Source of the DNA: Malacoraja senta
Taxonomy: Eukaryota
Direction of reading: 5' to 3'
DNA length: 64,000 nucleotides
NCBI GenBank assembly: GCA_038087875.1
Contig: CM075977.1
Coordinates: forward strand, 338,520,001-338,584,000
Positions within the stretch are counted from its first letter, which is position 1, and every line of letters starts with the position of its first letter. The notes under the pieces are model-generated. The model was not told where the DNA came from. It worked only from the letters and a program-made list of their open reading frames with translations, and did not search any database. The translations under genes were made by a program, and so were the position numbers. Of this stretch, positions 46,366-59,670 are shown piece by piece.

Positions 46366-49300
46366 GTAAGTATTATTGAAGAAATAGATCCAAAGGATTT
46401 ACATTTAAACCATGAAAACACTACCTTTTTTTCTGGGGGGTTTTCTGGCTTAAACATCATTTTGCTCCATTCACAAAATACAATGTTTCTTCATCCTACA
46501 GTTTTCAAAGAGTATTACCATTGGGATTTGTTTTTACAGCTGTTGTATTAAAGGAAAATTTGTCACATTCACACACTTCTTAAAACCAATTGTTTAAAAT
46601 ATATTTGCTTTGATAAATAACCTATGTTGTCAATTATTTACATGACTCAGTGGTTCTGGATTGTATTTGCATATTTAATTTGTTTCTGAAATAGGATTTT
46701 ATATATTGAGAGTGAAAAAGCTCAATTTATGGAGGTGTGTACATTTTCTATTACTTTGAGTTTCATAATTGCATAAAACCTCTGGGGGTGTTGGAGTACA
46801 GTGGTTGAAAGTATCTTCCTAATGAAAAAGTTTTGATTTGCTGTGTGATCACTTCTTCATGTTTGGTAGTCTTTATCCAGATATCTCTGATTGTCTGCAT
46901 GATTTAGAAAGTGTTTGGGACATTTATGATTTCAGCATTTGCAAAGCAACTGTTTGTTATACTGAAAATCTTCATATTTATGAAAGCATTTACAGGAATA
47001 CTTGTCATTAAGAAATTTAAAAAAGATTCGTCAAACTTCAAACCAGATTGGCAAAATTATGAGTGAAGTTAACAGTTTACACATCTAATTTCCATGCATA
47101 TGGATTTGATTATAAAATAAACAAAATGTCAATGAAAACCACGTGCCTCCACTCCCTGTATAACACTTTTTATGTTTAGAGGTTTAATATTATTTGCCAA
47201 GGCTTCTTAACCTTTTAATAACTGCAGCTTTCCATCCTCTGAATAATACACAACGGTCAATATTTATAATATCTAGAACTCTAAAACCTTCGTTCAGGAA
47301 TGATGGCAAGACTGTTGTGATTATTGGTGTTGAATCAGTGCAAAAATATATGAAAATTAAATCACGTTATTTAGGTAGAAACTGTCCCTTGCGCTCATTT
47401 TGTCCAGTTGTGGCATTCCTAACCGAGCAGTAAAAACTGAGCTGTAGTTTGCTTATTAGCATATCAACCGAGTTTTTGCTGGTGAAGTCATCTGATTATT
47501 TCATTCAATACTACAAAATGAAATTTCGAGTGACAAGATAGATTGGTTTGAGTTAGTTTTCTTTTATTAAAACCGTATTTTGTCTTAGGATTGTTTGCTG
47601 ATAGATTTCTAACTGACAAGTAAACATAAATGCTATTATGTTTCATCTTTGTTGCATAGATGCTTATGTTTTGACCCAGGGACAAATATATTGCCAGTGA
47701 ATTTGATTGCCATGAACATTAAAACACAATTTCTAGCTGTTTACTGACCCCAATTGTGTTACATGTTTGAGAATTTTTTTGAAAGAAACTTGTATGTTAG
47801 ATCATTTGCACAGTTTGTACTCCACTATGTTGGTGGTTTCTTGTGTGCATAAGGAAGCACAAAAATACTATTTATGGTTCTTCCACATTTACAAAATTAT
47901 TTGTGGACATCTTACTAATGCAGCATCTGAAAACTTTTAAAGTGCCAGAAGTGTCAAATTGCAGTGCAAATATGTTTAGCCAGTTTCTTGTTTCCATTTC
48001 TGATGTTTTAAAAATAATATAGATTTTTTTCTTGTGAGGTATATTGAAATAAAGGTGCCAATACATATATCCCATATATCTTGTTTTCCTTTCAGACTCT
48101 CTTGACTTGAATTTTATTTGATCATTAAACACTTTAGCTTTGTTGTTTCTTTCTTCGTTCTTAAATATTTTGTCTCGGGCACCCATATATTACAATTCAC
48201 ATTACCGACAGAGGTTGAGAATATATCAAAATTAATACAATAATGGAATTTGCCTAAACTCAAATGTGGGCGTAATCATTATGCTCACAATCACTGCAGG
48301 TCATAGAATGTTGTAGCAAATTGAGAGATAGATTCAGCTGTTCTCACACAAATCATTTTAATCTGACAAGACATATAATGCTCCCATATTTTAGAAAATA
48401 GAAAAGTTAGTGAGTTAAGGTGTGAACCAGGAACGATTTCTTCATCTTCAAGGGTTTGTATATTTGCACCAAATGTGCCACTCTTCAAAGTCAATTGAGA
48501 AGGCATTTATTTCATAAGTAAGGGTGCTTCATGAGAGTTTCTAAGGAAAAATCTGAGATCTGAACGGGAGCATTTTACCAGGAACTTTGTAATTTTCTAT
48601 AATTGAAAAGCAAGTTATCTTGTTGTCTCCAGAATCACTGGTATTCTTTTGTCTTTTAGACTTCCTGCCCTATTTTCTTTGTCTCCTTGTTCTCACTCGC
48701 CTGATCTGTGGTTAAACACACCTTCCAGCCATGCTTCACCCGCATCCCTGCCTGATTACTGTACTGTTTCTTTACCAGTCCCTCCACTTACACCATCTTT
48801 CTCTTTACCCCAATCCCTATTACATTTTCATTTTCATTTGTATGGGGATCACATTTGGACTTTAGGGCTCTGTGTAATTGTATAATGGTAATTTTTAAAT
48901 CTTAATCTCAGCTCGAGTGAAAATGCTACAGCTTCTCTAGGCACAATTTTGGGTAAGATACTATTTTTAAGAAACTGTTTCAATTTGATGCTATGCGACT
49001 CTTGCTTGTTAATCTGAGGAGCAAGTTTGATTGTTGGGCATGTTTTATTGATCGCAAGGAATTTCAAAGATTGTAAAGAATTTCAGATGAGGTGTCAAAT
49101 AAAAGCTAATTTGCATTTTTTGGGTAGGTAGAAACTCTGGCACAAGAAAAAGAGGGTTAGAATTACTCACCATTCAATCCTCAAACAGGATTCTCAAAAG
49201 AAAATAGTCATCGTCATGGATACAGACCTTTGCTGTGCGAAATATTTCTACCATGCCTACCTAGACAGCCAACAGGCTGACTTGTGCAGATGCCTGTCGT

Positions 49301-52300
49301 TGGGCATTGCATTAAAATAAATCCAAAACTTGCGTGGACTACTATGTCTAAGATTTACAGAATGATAGATGCTTCTACAGCCCATACTCCATTTCTTTGC
49401 TGGACTTCATCATTAAGTCCAATAGCATAGAATGTCTAGCTCAGCATTTTTAGAATTACATTTGGGAATCAGCTTCCTTGATCCCATAGCAGTTAGGCCT
49501 TGCACAAGATCAGAGATGCCATTCATTTCACTGGAAGCGGAAAGATCATTTTACAATTATTTTACTTGTATTTAACATATTGATTAGATTAGTTTTTGTT
49601 GTTATTTTCTATTTATTTAAATTTTTCATTATTTCCAGCAATCAATAACCTTTAGATGGTCTCTTGAGTATCAGAGGCACATAATTTTTTTTAATAAAGG
49701 CCTGAGATGTTTCAAATGATGACACAGCTTTAGCCAGCTTTCTGGAGCAGGACCTCAGTACAATGCCAATGATGACCTATTTGTTGCTGATGCTGCACTA
49801 TGCTACTATGGAACATTAACAAGGTTGACCCCTGCATCTGGGGAAAGTAAAAGGAGGTAGGTGGGAACAGTAGGAGTACAAAGTAATTAGCTATCAAACA
49901 CATTTTGCTTGTTTAAGAACAAAAGTGATATTTAAAACAAGTTCATGTAATGGCCCTTACAGCCCCAATGTTGATGTATCGATGTCTAGACCCGTTCAAA
50001 AAGCTGAAATAATCGATTCTCATATTGCTGTAGTTTTAGTGTACTTGGGTTCGATCTAGAATTATATTTCCTTAGATATAAACACCATCACTATGTATTC
50101 CTGATAACAGCATTTTAACAGAAAATAGTTGCTTTTAGGAAACACGGTAACTGGAACGTTTTGAAAAGTAGACCCACGCTACATTCTGAGCTTGAATTTA
50201 AATCTGAACTGTTTTTATCAAAAATGGAAAGTAGCCTATATTCATTTATACTATAGGTTTGGTAAAGGTCATATAGAGAATTCTTGCATACTTTCTCAAT
50301 GGTACTTTACATCGATTTTATTTATGTGAGCACAGGATACTTGTCATGGACTGAGGGGTACTTTGCACCCTTGCCTTCTACTCAAGCCATTAGTTTATAT
50401 TCCATTCATAATGTTGTGTTTGGTTACATCCCTTTCTCATTTTTTCTCTGGTAATTAAAAATTGAATTTTCGAGTCTTTGCCTTCATTCATTATGTTTGC
50501 CTTTAGCCAAGAACAATTAGATAGTTTTGTTTACTCTGGAGCACATATTTAAATAATTTACTGTTTACTGCCTTTAGTTTTGATAATTTTATAGCAGATT
50601 TACACAAAGGGCAGTTGATCAGAATACTTTTGCTTATTCATTTTAGATCAATTTTTGGGTCTAAATATAAATTAAATGGAGCGGACAAGAACAATGAGGC
50701 TCTGCCCCCAGGTTTCCGACCGTCAAATCTGCTATTCATAGCAAATGTTAATGTTTTTGATGTTCACAAACTTTCACCATTACCCAAGATTCTGCAAAAG
50801 TTAAGCAAATTGTATCTATTTCTAATTATTTAAAAGAAAATTGAGAATAAAGTTACAATCAAATGCATATAAACGGCATTGATTTCAAAGGGCTCTCTCC
50901 ATTATCGCACAGTATTACCATAATACCGATTGAACAGGTACAAACTCAGGCAAAGAAATGGAAAATCCGTGGAAGTTCGTGCTGCCCTGTTCTCTCCGAG
51001 ATCTCAGCAGAAGATTTTCCCCCTGTATTTCATATCTGTTTCATAAATCATTGATAAACATGCTTAACATTGTGGTTCCTTTAATTTAAGAAAAGACTGT
51101 TTTGAGAATGAGAATAAAACAAAGGCATTGCGCAGAGTTAATAACGTCTCTGAATTCTTTTCACAAGTTCAACTTCAACATATAGGACTAATTAGGACTT
51201 GCTGTATTAGCTTCAAGTATCCTATATGAAATGAACTGTGGCAAGTGATGCATGTCAGCAGCAGCACGGGGTGCAGGTCATCATTACAGGGCAAATATTT
51301 CAATTCTACGTTCTTACTGTTGGGAACTGGATTAATGATTTTTTTTCCCTTTATTTTAACTGTTAATTTTACTTGGGACATTTTAAAGGCGAGGGCAAGA
51401 TATATAATTTAATTAACCAACAAAGTTTCTGAGGTGGCAATTAGTAGGACATAGTAGTGCAACATTTTGGGCAATATGTATGGAGTGTTAATGCTGGGAC
51501 TGATGTCAAAATTGGAAGGTCTTCTAGGACAGCTCTTAAGCAAATAGAGCCATGGAAAATAGGTGATTTGGGGGTGGGGGGGAGTTATGAGTTGTTACAT
51601 TAGTAGTTAAAGGAGATGTTTTGTTGTACAGTTGAGAATAGTCAAAGGAATGGAGACATGGAAAAAATAGCAGGGCGGAGTCACTCAACCATGGATATTG
51701 AGGAGGAATGGTGTGTAGGCTTTATGTGTGAACCACCCACATACTGCATATCAAAATGGGCCCAATTCCAGGCACTTGTCCAGTGGCTGTTGCAATTATC
51801 TTCCTCAACCAGCACCTACCACTGGGAGATGTCAGCATGATTAGATCGGAAACAGTTAAACTCACTGTCAAGCCAGTATGCTCTAGAAAGAGCACCTGAT
51901 TCCTGAACTTCACTCAAACCGTACACATGAAGATAATGACAGAGAGATTAGGGTGGGAGAATCAAAGTGGAGAATAAATAGAGGCGCATAGTAACGCTGT
52001 GAACTCATAAGTGGCATTCAGCAAAGTGATCACTTAATCTACATTTGCAATGCAAGGCAGACTATCTTAAGCCGTAAATAATAGTAAATTAGTGGAAGAT
52101 GTACGTTCGCTATATCTGTTAGACAACTTAAATGAACTGGTCTTTATGTCTAGTTACAGTCATTGTAACGTACTCTGGTTTTTGCACACTAATGTAACTA
52201 ATTTATGTTGACACTTCTGGCACTTAAGGTATTTCTAAGTAACCTCTGAGAATGTTGTACTTCTAGGACGATTGTATTAATATTTGAACACTTGTAAAGA

Positions 52301-52980
52301 CTTTGTGTGCCTTTCTTTAAAAAAAAAGCAAAATGATTAATGTTGTTTTACTGCAATGGCATATGGCCAAAACCAAAATTGGCTTCGTGATCTGTTAACT
52401 TGGATGTGTTTAAAATTATTAGTTCTAAAATGTCACATTTGGATTGTCACTGTGAATTGTTATTGTGCAGTGTTAATGTGGCTTGTGCTTTATGTTTTGT
52501 GCAATACTTTGGGAAAAAGTTCTTAGCATGTTGTGATTGCAATACCCTGCCTGGAAACAAGAGGGTTGACTCTTTTATTACTTGTTTAGAGGTAACGTCA
52601 CGTTTCTACTAACACATTGCTTTAGGACTTAATTGAAAAGGACATTAATTGAAGCTTTAAAACTGTGAAAGTTGTATTTTTGTTTTGCAAGCAACTATCA
52701 CAAGATAACAACTTCAAGAAACATTAACACAAATATTGAACTGTAACACAAAACTCTTGCTGAGACTGCTTTAGAAGTGCAATCAAACATTTGCACTGCC
52801 CACCAGAACTCTAACCTTTTGCAACTTTGAGCAATATCAGCCAGAACTCAAAGCCTTAAACTGAGAGAAGCAGTGATGTTACCCAAGCAAGCCTGTAATA
52901 AAGGAGTGGACCCTACCCTTCCATAGCTGTGTGCCAGTCTCATGCGTCAGCTTACCATCGTTTCATTCCATCCATCCTAG

Positions 52981-54031
52981 GAGACTACAGAAAAACACTG
53001 AAGAGCATGTGAAACGAAGTGCTGAATTTGCAGATGGTTTGCTTTCAAAGGCCTTGAAAGACATTCAGTCAGGGGCATTGGACATGAACAAAGCAGCCAT
53101 ACTTTATGGAATACCTCACCAGACTTTACTTTTTCATTTGGAAGCCTTATCAGGAGGAGCAGCACCATTGAAAAGTAAAACAAGAGACACCAGAGAAGGT
53201 TGTTTCTCGAAAACCTTTGGGGAACCTAATGCTCTTCTACAAAAAGTTGCATTGTGGGCTAGAGCTCAGGCAGAACGTAGTCCTGATCAGTGCAGCACAT
53301 ACCGAAAACTCTCACAGCTAGAAACCTCAGAGTTGAAATTCCCCACTGCTTCCAGTTACCTCCATCAGTTAACCCTGCAAAGAATGGTTACGCAGCTTAA
53401 AGAAAAAGATGACAACCTTCGTAATGAAAGTGTTAGTAGCTCTCTTGTTCAGTTAAAAATCCCTCAGGTACGAGCAAATGCTGTGCCCAAATCCCAGTCT
53501 GACAGCTGTGGCCTCCTCGATGTTATGTACCAGGTATCAAAAACCTCCTCTCTGCTGGAAGGATCAGCTCTTCAAAAACTCAAAACTATCCTGCCCAAGC
53601 AGAGTAAAATTGAATGTTCTTTACCTTTGACTCATTCTAGTGTTGATTCCTACCTACTGCATGGAGACCTTTCTCCGCTATGTCTTAATGTAAAAAATGG
53701 CACAATTGATGTGCCATCTGAAAACGATAGCCAGGATCATATTAGCCTAAAAGACAGTAAACAACCAAGAAAAAAGCGTGGCCGCTATCGGCAATATGAT
53801 CATGATATTTTGGAAGAAGCTATTACCATGGTAATGAGTGGAAAAATGAGTGTCTCTAAAGCACAAGGGATTTATGGTGTACCTCACAGCACTTTAGAAT
53901 ACAAAGTAAAAGAACGATCTGGGACACTGAAGACACCTCCGAAGAAGAAGCTCAGATTAGCAGACACTGGGTTGTTCAGTATGACAAATTCAGGGACAAG
54001 CAGCTCCAAAAGTAGCAACAAGTCTACATAA
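52981..54031 (+). CDS. LCORL: LCORL terminal coding exon 7 with two pipsqueak-type HTH domains ([11 protein letters not shown]...YGIPHQTL; [47 protein letters not shown]) and basic NLS-like motifs (PRKKRGR, PPKKKLR)
   Basis: ORF 52931..54031 (366 aa). The cctag|G acceptor completes the phase-2 Gly codon from exon 6; TAA stop at 54029-54031. The sequence matches LCORL, and the first HTH region distinguishes it from LCOR. Confidence 0.97.
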
Positions 54032-57000
54032 ATCCTTAAGGGATGTAACTCAGATGGACTTCACCATACAGTAAATGCTATTTAAATAGTATTGTAAAAC
54101 CACCCTTTGGCCTTCAGGCAAAGCATAGTTTCAAGCAGGGATCTGACTGCACTACAAAAGGAATATACTTGGGTGCAGTCATATTTGCTAGTTCTCATCT
54201 TAATGCTCTTGTAGAATAATACTGATTGATTGCGTTTAGAAATGTTGTAGTAAGAAAATTGCCACATTGTGTGTTTTCACTAATTCGGTTGAAAAATGCA
54301 AATAGCAGTCAAACACGGCATTATTTTATAGGATGGGCTCACTGAGCCCAAGTCAGGAATAGAAATGAACTGACCTGTCTTACTACCTAAAATGGGTAAG
54401 GAAATTCAAAATTTAAGTACAAAATCAACCTGCCAGTTGAAAGGTACAATAAATTCATAAATCTAAAGATAAATGTAAACATGTTTTAATCAATGAAGAT
54501 GAAGGAGCACATTGTGTGCTATGTTTAACTCCATGCTATCGTGTACAAGTTACGCAATTCCAATTATTTCAAATTGTGTAGTAATACAGACATTTATTTC
54601 ACTAATTTTAAAGTGCGATGTGTTGAGAGTGCCAACATAGGCTGATTAAAACATATTATAATTTTTAAGAGCTGTAAAGTTCTGTACTAGGTAATCGGCC
54701 CTGTTGGCAAGATATGTATTTATTTATTTCATTTGTGAGGCTATGGTTTCCTCCTTTTGCCACGTGATTTCCCCAGTCCACTTAACTATGTGCTACTTTG
54801 CAGGCAACAATCCGCTGTCAAGTTTCGTGCCTTCCACTGGCTGACTTCACCGAAATCATGAGAAGACTTTTCTTCCCTATCCCACTCCCTATCTGTCCCC
54901 CATCAGTCTTGCATGGAAACACAGTGGATGAAATTGGCATTTTGGTAAAATGGGAAATTTTAAATGGGAATATTAACAAATGTTTAAAATTTCCATTTTT
55001 AGACAGCTTTTAGAAACCCACGATAATTACTTATAAGAGGAAACAGTTTTTAAAATCACATCTCATAAAAGAGAAGCAATTCTTAAATGGATTCTCCAAT
55101 TTTTTTATGGGATATATAAAAATGAAAATTTGAAAAATTCATAATTTTGTTAAGATGGATAAGCTATAGGTGCGAACATAATGACTAACAAATTGATAGC
55201 ACTGTACAGAGCATGATGCATAAGATGCACTGAAGAGAATAGTATGTTTTATTGCTCTTGTTAGTCTGTATTTAATGAAAAACGTAGGAATAGTATGTGA
55301 TAACAAGGTTGCATTTTTCACACTCCCATGGCAAAATTTTACTAACTGTAAACTTACCTGCTGCTAAGTTAAGTGTGTCCTTGTCAGAGACTTAAATGCT
55401 TCAAGTTTTACAAATATAATCCAACCATTTCAGTTCTTTGTCCACACATCATTTTCAGTACAAAATCAACAACTTTTTCTAGCTTTGCAAAGCGAATCCA
55501 TTCATTCAATTTTTGTTTATCATATACATTATGATTTAAAGTACCAAATTCAGCTGTTACACTTGATAGATGTAATAGAAACAGTTTATGAATGCAGGGT
55601 GTCTGTGATCAGATAAGAAAAGCTTTGAACAGTTTTAAGTTGTGTTAATGATCGAGTTTTCCAATTTTGTGACAGAATAGGGATAAAAAAAATTTAAAGC
55701 TTTTGTGTGGATTTGGGTTTAAGGTCTTGCCTTCGTAGTTCATACTGAAGCTTTTGGAACAGTTAATAGAAGCCATTCAGCATTTTAACGATTAGATGAT
55801 GTTACCTTTCCTCATTAAAATCTCTTGAATAGTATGAAAGAATGGGCTAACTTTGCTTTGGTCGTATGGACATCTCAGCATTCAGCTAACTTGCCATAAA
55901 ATCAAAAGTAACATTGTTCAGTTTAGTAATTTTTAAAATTTGGTCCCAATTTAAGTGCAGGTATTACAGTAGCCCTTTATGATATGGCTCCAGCTTTGTA
56001 GTAGGGATGTCATGAGATGCTATGTTGTCTTGTAACATGGATGGTTATTTGTTCTCATATTCCTTTAAATCATTTCATGCTATTTTACATTGTATGTCTC
56101 TTAGTAAGTCCAACCCAAAACATCGTCTTTTCATTTCTGTCTCCAAATGCTCCTGATCCACTGACTCCCTCTAGCTTTTTTTCCCCTTCATTTGTCTATT
56201 TGTAACTGAATTAAATAACTGGAAATGTCTCTCATTTGCGGTCAATGGCATTTCAATTTTTATTTTCAAAGCAAAAAAATAAAATAACCAAGAAACTAAA
56301 GAGTTTTAGGTTAAGAGGGTTACTGGCATTGTTAATTGAAGTAAGTTATCAAAATTGAATAAAACAAATATCGTGGTTTTACATTTTTCTTAACTTTATG
56401 AGAGCTTAGCCTTTTGTAATGTGTAAAACACAGGTTTTTGATTATCTTTAGTGGTAGGAAAATAGATTTTCGAAACACTATATGTTTGACTACTGTGCCA
56501 CTATCTGTTTTTAATTAAATTTCCCCATAATGTTAATATCGTGACAACCAACTTTAGTACTTAAGAATGTTTCTGAAAAATTTTTGTATTGCAAAACAGT
56601 GCCTCTGTTTTTAGAACTACTGCTCAGTAATGTTCAAAACCATTTTCTGGTAGATAATGGGGAAATTTTATATTGTATATTATGTTTATTAAAACTAATT
56701 TTTAGTTTACAGTAAATACAGATTTATCACCTGTTTATTTTCAAATTGCAGTGCAGTATTTCCATTATCACAGTAATATAGCTAAACTCTGTGGCTGCCT
56801 TGATTTTAAAACTTGGTTAATGTAAAACTGATTTTAGATGATTAGTTATATTTATGCATAAATCAATTGCACTATATTCATGAATTATTTATTACAATAT
56901 TTTCTAATGAAAACAATGTTATCTGGACAATGTGTCTTGTGGTGTTATACATTTACTGTGATTCTGTTTTCTTATGATGTGTTTAATAATCCTCAATCTG

Positions 57001-57100
57001 TACAGATTTCAGCTGTTTTAATTGTGTTTATAGGTTGTAATTTGTAGTAAAGCACTTTGATGCTTTTGCACATAAAATTGAAAACGAGTAAAATGTGATT
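54032..57100 (+). other. LCORL: Probable long LCORL 3' UTR (end approximate)
   Basis: About 3 kb of AT-rich sequence after the stop, nearly free of young repeats. Candidate poly(A) hexamers include AATAAA near 54448, 56279 and 56358, and AGTAAA/CATAAA near 57046-57092. Dense TE content resumes at ~57430. Confidence 0.55.
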
Positions 57101-57430
57101 GTTGTCTTTTTTATGTACAGTAAATTGTGAAGTTTTGTCTGCCATGTTCTTAATTTTGCATCCAAGTATGCAGAAGAGAAATTAAGTGTTGAAACTATTT
57201 AACATGACTAATACAAAAGTTTCCTTTTTTTGTTGTGCAATTGTACTAACCAAAGTACTTCGATAACAATAGAATCTCATTGCACCGTGAGCATTGTTGA
57301 CAGAATGCATGCAAAAGCCCAAGTATTTCATTAGTTTTTGAAACATTATTATAATTTTACAAGGAAGTTATAGAGGCATTCATATATCAAAGAACACCTA
57401 CAAAAGTTATTTTTTCAAAAACTCATCTCA

Positions 57431-57718
57431 ATAGACAATAGACTATAGATGCAGGAGTAGGCCATTTGGCCCTTCGAGCCACCACCGCCATTCAATGTGA
57501 TCATGGCTGATCATCCCCAATCAGTACCCCGTTCCTGCCTTCTCCCCGTATCCCCTGACTCCGCTATTTTTAAGAGCCCTATCTAGCTCTCTCTTCAAAG
57601 CATCCAGAGAACCTGCCTCCACCGCCCTCTGAGACAGAGAATTCCACAGACTCACCACTCTCTGTGAGAAAGTGTTTCCTTGTCTCCGTTCTAAATGGCT
57701 TACTCCTTATTCTTAAAT
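57431..57718 (-). mobile_element. CR1 3' fragment
   Basis: Near-identical to 14018-14295, with (ATAGACA)n tail. Confidence 0.88.
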
Positions 57719-58669
57719 CTTGTTTTTTTTGTTGTTTCTGGTTTAAATTGAACAAATTGTATTGCAGTTGTAGATAGTTGGGGGGTGGAGGCAGTACTCA
57801 GTGGTCCAAATTATGCCCAACCTTTAACTATTCTGTGATTTTAAGATGAATAATGGTAAAACCCGTGTGTAGGAGATACTGAATCAGTGTCATGGTTTTA
57901 TTTTGGTGTAAATCCCAGAAATGGTCCATTGTTCATTTCTGTGAATTTCCATAATTTCTCATGTGCATCGTATTTCACTGTAGTCAAATATTTATATTTT
58001 ATAGTTAACAGTTAATATAATGTTTGTATTGGAAACTGTTAATACGTTTCAAGATGGATTGTGAAAAAGCATGTACGTATATAGAGATGCTAATCTACAA
58101 CCATGATTATTAAACTAAATACTGAGATGGTAGAAGAAGAATGTATAAACCGGCATATTGTTAAATGTGGATTATTTTTATATTAGGGGCAGGAACAGAC
58201 TTTTCCGCCTCTTGAACCCGATCTACTATTTAATTATGTCATGACTAACAAGTAACTCGATTTCTCTTTATTCCATAATCCTTAGATATCCAAATCTAGC
58301 AGAATCTGCCCAACTCGCTTAAAATGTACATTGTCTCTACATCTGCAGCCTTTTACGAGTTTCCTCTGTGAGAACATGCTTTCTCATATTGTTCCTGTCT
58401 CTGTTTATATGCCCTTATTCTGAATTTCCTATCTGAAGAACATGGTTTGTCCATATCTTCTTATCTAGAGAAAAGTTCAACTAATTCAAGGTCATCTATC
58501 TGCAAAATTTGAGGGATTATAAAGTGTTAATCCTTAAATCCTTTTGAATTTTCAATGTAAATCTTGTTGGTAGAATCGTGAATGTTGCTGACAGAAGAGA
58601 TTAATGGCTTTGCAGAAGTTCAAAGCACCTATGAATTTAAGAGTGTGCTCTGGACAGTAGTATGTCAAG

Positions 58670-59670
58670 TTATAGTATAACTTGACAGCAGGAGGCATTC
58701 CATTTTGTCCATGTAGGCTAATAATGGAGCTGCTTGCATTACTCCTATTACCAATATCTTTTTTATAATCTTTATGTGCTCAAATGCTTTTTGCATGTGA
58801 TGAATGTTTCTTCCACCATCATCTCTTCAGCAGTGAATTCCAGATCTACAGTATTTCACACTCCAGCTGTTCTCTGGGTAAAGCATATACACAAATTCTT
58901 TCTAATCCTTCTACCAATTAATTTAATGGCACACACTCTAATAACATTTTCACTCTCGTAGGTATTTCATAATTACTTATCACTTAAGCCTCCTGTCAGT
59001 TTCCTTTGATCCAAAAAAAAAGTCTGTCCCTGGCTGCATCCTTGTAACTTTTTTCTAACCCACTAATGTGATCACATTCTTCCAAATTGATGACAAGAAC
59101 TCCACTCATGCTGTAACCTAACTAATGTTTTGTACAGTCCAAGCATGATCACCCTCCTCTAATGTCTCTCTTCCTTAGCTGATCAAGGCAAGTGTCACCG
59201 ATGATGTCTGCATTACCTTATCAGGATCTTTGGATGTGTATTTTGGGATCCATCTATATGTCTACACTTATTAGTATTTTCCCGTTTATTTTATATTTCC
59301 TTCAACTTCTTTGCCTCCCAAATTCATTACCTCACACTTAAGATTGAAATCCATTTGCCACGTGTATTCCCCAAAGCAGCCTATTCTTGTCTGTTCATAC
59401 TTTTCTGTAGCCAGATACCTTTTTACTGTAATTTATGATTTTAGTTTTGCAAACATAATCTTCATAAGTCATAGGAGCAAAAGTAGGCAAGGCTGCCCAT
59501 CGAGTCTACTTCACCATTCAATCATGGCTGATCTATTTTTCCCTCTAAACCCCATTCTGTTGCCTTCTCCCCATAACCCTTGATACCCTTACCAATCAAG
59601 TATCTGTCAATTTCCGTCTTTGAAATATCCAGTGACTTGGCCTCCACAGCCGTATGTGGCAATGAATTCC
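58670..59670 (-). mobile_element. Old CR1 remnant plus a younger CR1 3' tail (59464-59670)
   Basis: gaattccagat, ccattcaatcatggctgatct and ccccattct motifs of the CR1 3' UTR. Confidence 0.6.

Noticed and set aside
52931-54031. Standalone 366-aa single-exon gene, or LCOR rather than LCORL
   Set aside because: It starts at GTG with no true initiator and is the terminal exon of a spliced gene. The upstream exons and the first HTH match LCORL.
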